Positions 62,501 through 64,000 of a stretch of DNA of 64,000 nt are shown in pieces. Origin of the DNA: Lingula anatina (Eukaryota; Animalia; Brachiopoda). Below the pieces are notes generated by a model. It searched no databases, was not told the origin of the DNA, and was given only the letters and a program-made list of their open reading frames with translations. Where the stretch lies: positions 42,758,788 through 42,822,787 of the forward strand of contig CM120640.1 in the NCBI GenBank assembly GCA_051362555.1, written 5' to 3'. The position numbers and the translations under genes are program-made. The first letter of the stretch is position 1. The number at the start of each line of letters is the position of its first letter.

Positions 62501-64000
62501 GTTTCAGTAACCATACAGTTATTTATACATTGCTCATTTTGACTCGTTTTAGAACCTAGTAAGTTGGCTTACATTGTTACAACTAAAATTGATCCATGTC
62601 AATAAATTTCTTCCTATGATGAAATAAAATATTTTTTATAAGTTCCAATTTTTGTTTTCTTGAATTTATTTCAGATACATACTCATAATTAAGCAATTGA
62701 TTAATAGGTTGAAGGACCTACTATATCATTTGGTTAAGGTTAACAATGGTAATGATTTTGAGCTCGCTAATCTTCAGAGTGATAACAGGTGATTAAAAAT
62801 AATCACCTATTTTCAAATAAAAAAAGAAAATAATTCTATGTTTAGTTTTGCCATATTATGCACACCAGGTGTGGTGCATTGTCCTTTCTGGCCCACTGAA
62901 ACACGTGTGAGGCTACAAACTTTTTAACACCCCTTCAAACTTTGAACTATGTTTTACATAATTCAAATTTTTATCAATAGCAGGTAAAACTGTAATTCAA
63001 AGGGCTATTTTTGGTTTAACAAAACTTATTTTCCTGTTTCAATAACCATAAAGTTATTTATATGTTGCTCATTTGACCTATTTCAGGACCTTGTAAATTG
63101 GCTTACATTGCTAAACTGAAATTGATCTGTGTCAATTAATTTCTTCCTATGATGAAATAAAATATTTCTGATAACTTTTGTTTGTTTTTTTTTTATTTAT
63201 TTGATTTCAGATAATTGTATATCATTAAGAATTTGATAAATAGGGGGGAAGGACCTATTATATTATTTTGTAAAGGTTAACAATGGTAATGATTTTAAAC
63301 TTGCTGACCTTCAGAGTGATAATGGGTATGATTAATAATAATCACTTGTTTTCAAATAAAAAATAAAACAGGATTCTATGTTTAGTTTTGCCATATTATG
63401 AACCCCAGGTATGGTGCATTGTCCTCTCTGGCCTAGGGAAATGTGTGAGAGGCTCAAAACTTTTAGACATCCCCTCAAACTTTGAACTATGTTTTACATA
63501 TTTGAAAATTTTGTCAATAGCAGGAAATAATACTGTATTTCAAAAGGGCTATTTTTGGTTTAACAAAACAAAATGGGCTTATTTTGCTGTTTCAATAATC
63601 ATGCAGTCATTAATATGTTGCTCATTTGACCTATTTTAGAACCTAGTAAGTTGGCTTATATAATTGTTACATCTAAAATTGATCCATGTCAAGATATTTC
63701 TTCCTATGATGAAATAAAATATTTTTTATAAGTTCTTACTTTTTTTTGCATTTATTTGAATTCAGATACATACTTATTATTGAGTGTTTGATTAATAGGG
63801 GGAAGGACCTATCATTTTGTAAACTTAAAGGTTAACAATGGTAATGATTTTGAACTCACTGATCTTCTAAATGATAATGGGTATCATTAAAATAATCCAC
63901 CTATTTTCAAATTAAAAATAGAAAATAGTTTAGTTTTGCCATATTATCTACAGCAGGTAGGGTGCATTGTACTTTCTGACCCTTTTTGACATGTGAACCA
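62501..64000. repeat. Tandem satellite, ~535-555-bp unit, at least 2.7 copies, continuing past the window
   Basis: TTGCTCATTT(T)GAC..TTGGCTTA recurs at ~62530, ~63065 and ~63618. AAGGTTAACAATGGTAATGATTTT and GGTGCATTGT recur with the same spacing. Confidence 0.95.

Noticed and set aside
62501-64000. CRISPR-like array or coding repeat (ORF 63388-63639)
   Set aside because: Eukaryotic context, whole-unit tandem similarity with no unique spacers, and the ORF is not preserved between copies.
1-64000. tRNA, rRNA, snoRNA or SECIS/readthrough signals
   Set aside because: None recognisable by eye. The C-box-like TGATGA hits I checked lacked properly spaced D boxes and terminal stems, and the exons I traced had no in-frame stops.

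Overview
AT-rich, intron-dense genomic DNA from an invertebrate animal (a bilaterian that retains the minor spliceosome; the exact taxon cannot be fixed from sequence alone). I could splice eight protein-coding genes by hand, and their strands alternate strictly: PRKCSH (-, truncated at the window start), a CYP2-clan P450 (+), SERAC1 (-), TBCK (+), RO60/TROVE2 (-, intronless CDS), TRIR/C19orf43 (+), AP3D1 (-) and a long SPATA1 (+). Non-autonomous mobile DNA includes a 2.6-kb foldback element with long TIRs, two tandem Helentron/HINE-like copies, and hAT- and PIF-like MITEs. A ~545-bp satellite runs off the right edge. The most notable observations are: (1) an intronless Ro60 head-to-head with the RNase gene TRIR; (2) a candidate internal RFX-box promoter with an in-frame alternative first exon in SPATA1; (3) a clear U12 intron in TBCK; (4) two frame-compatible alternative N-termini for SERAC1. 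Gene names come from recalled protein motifs, not from database searches.
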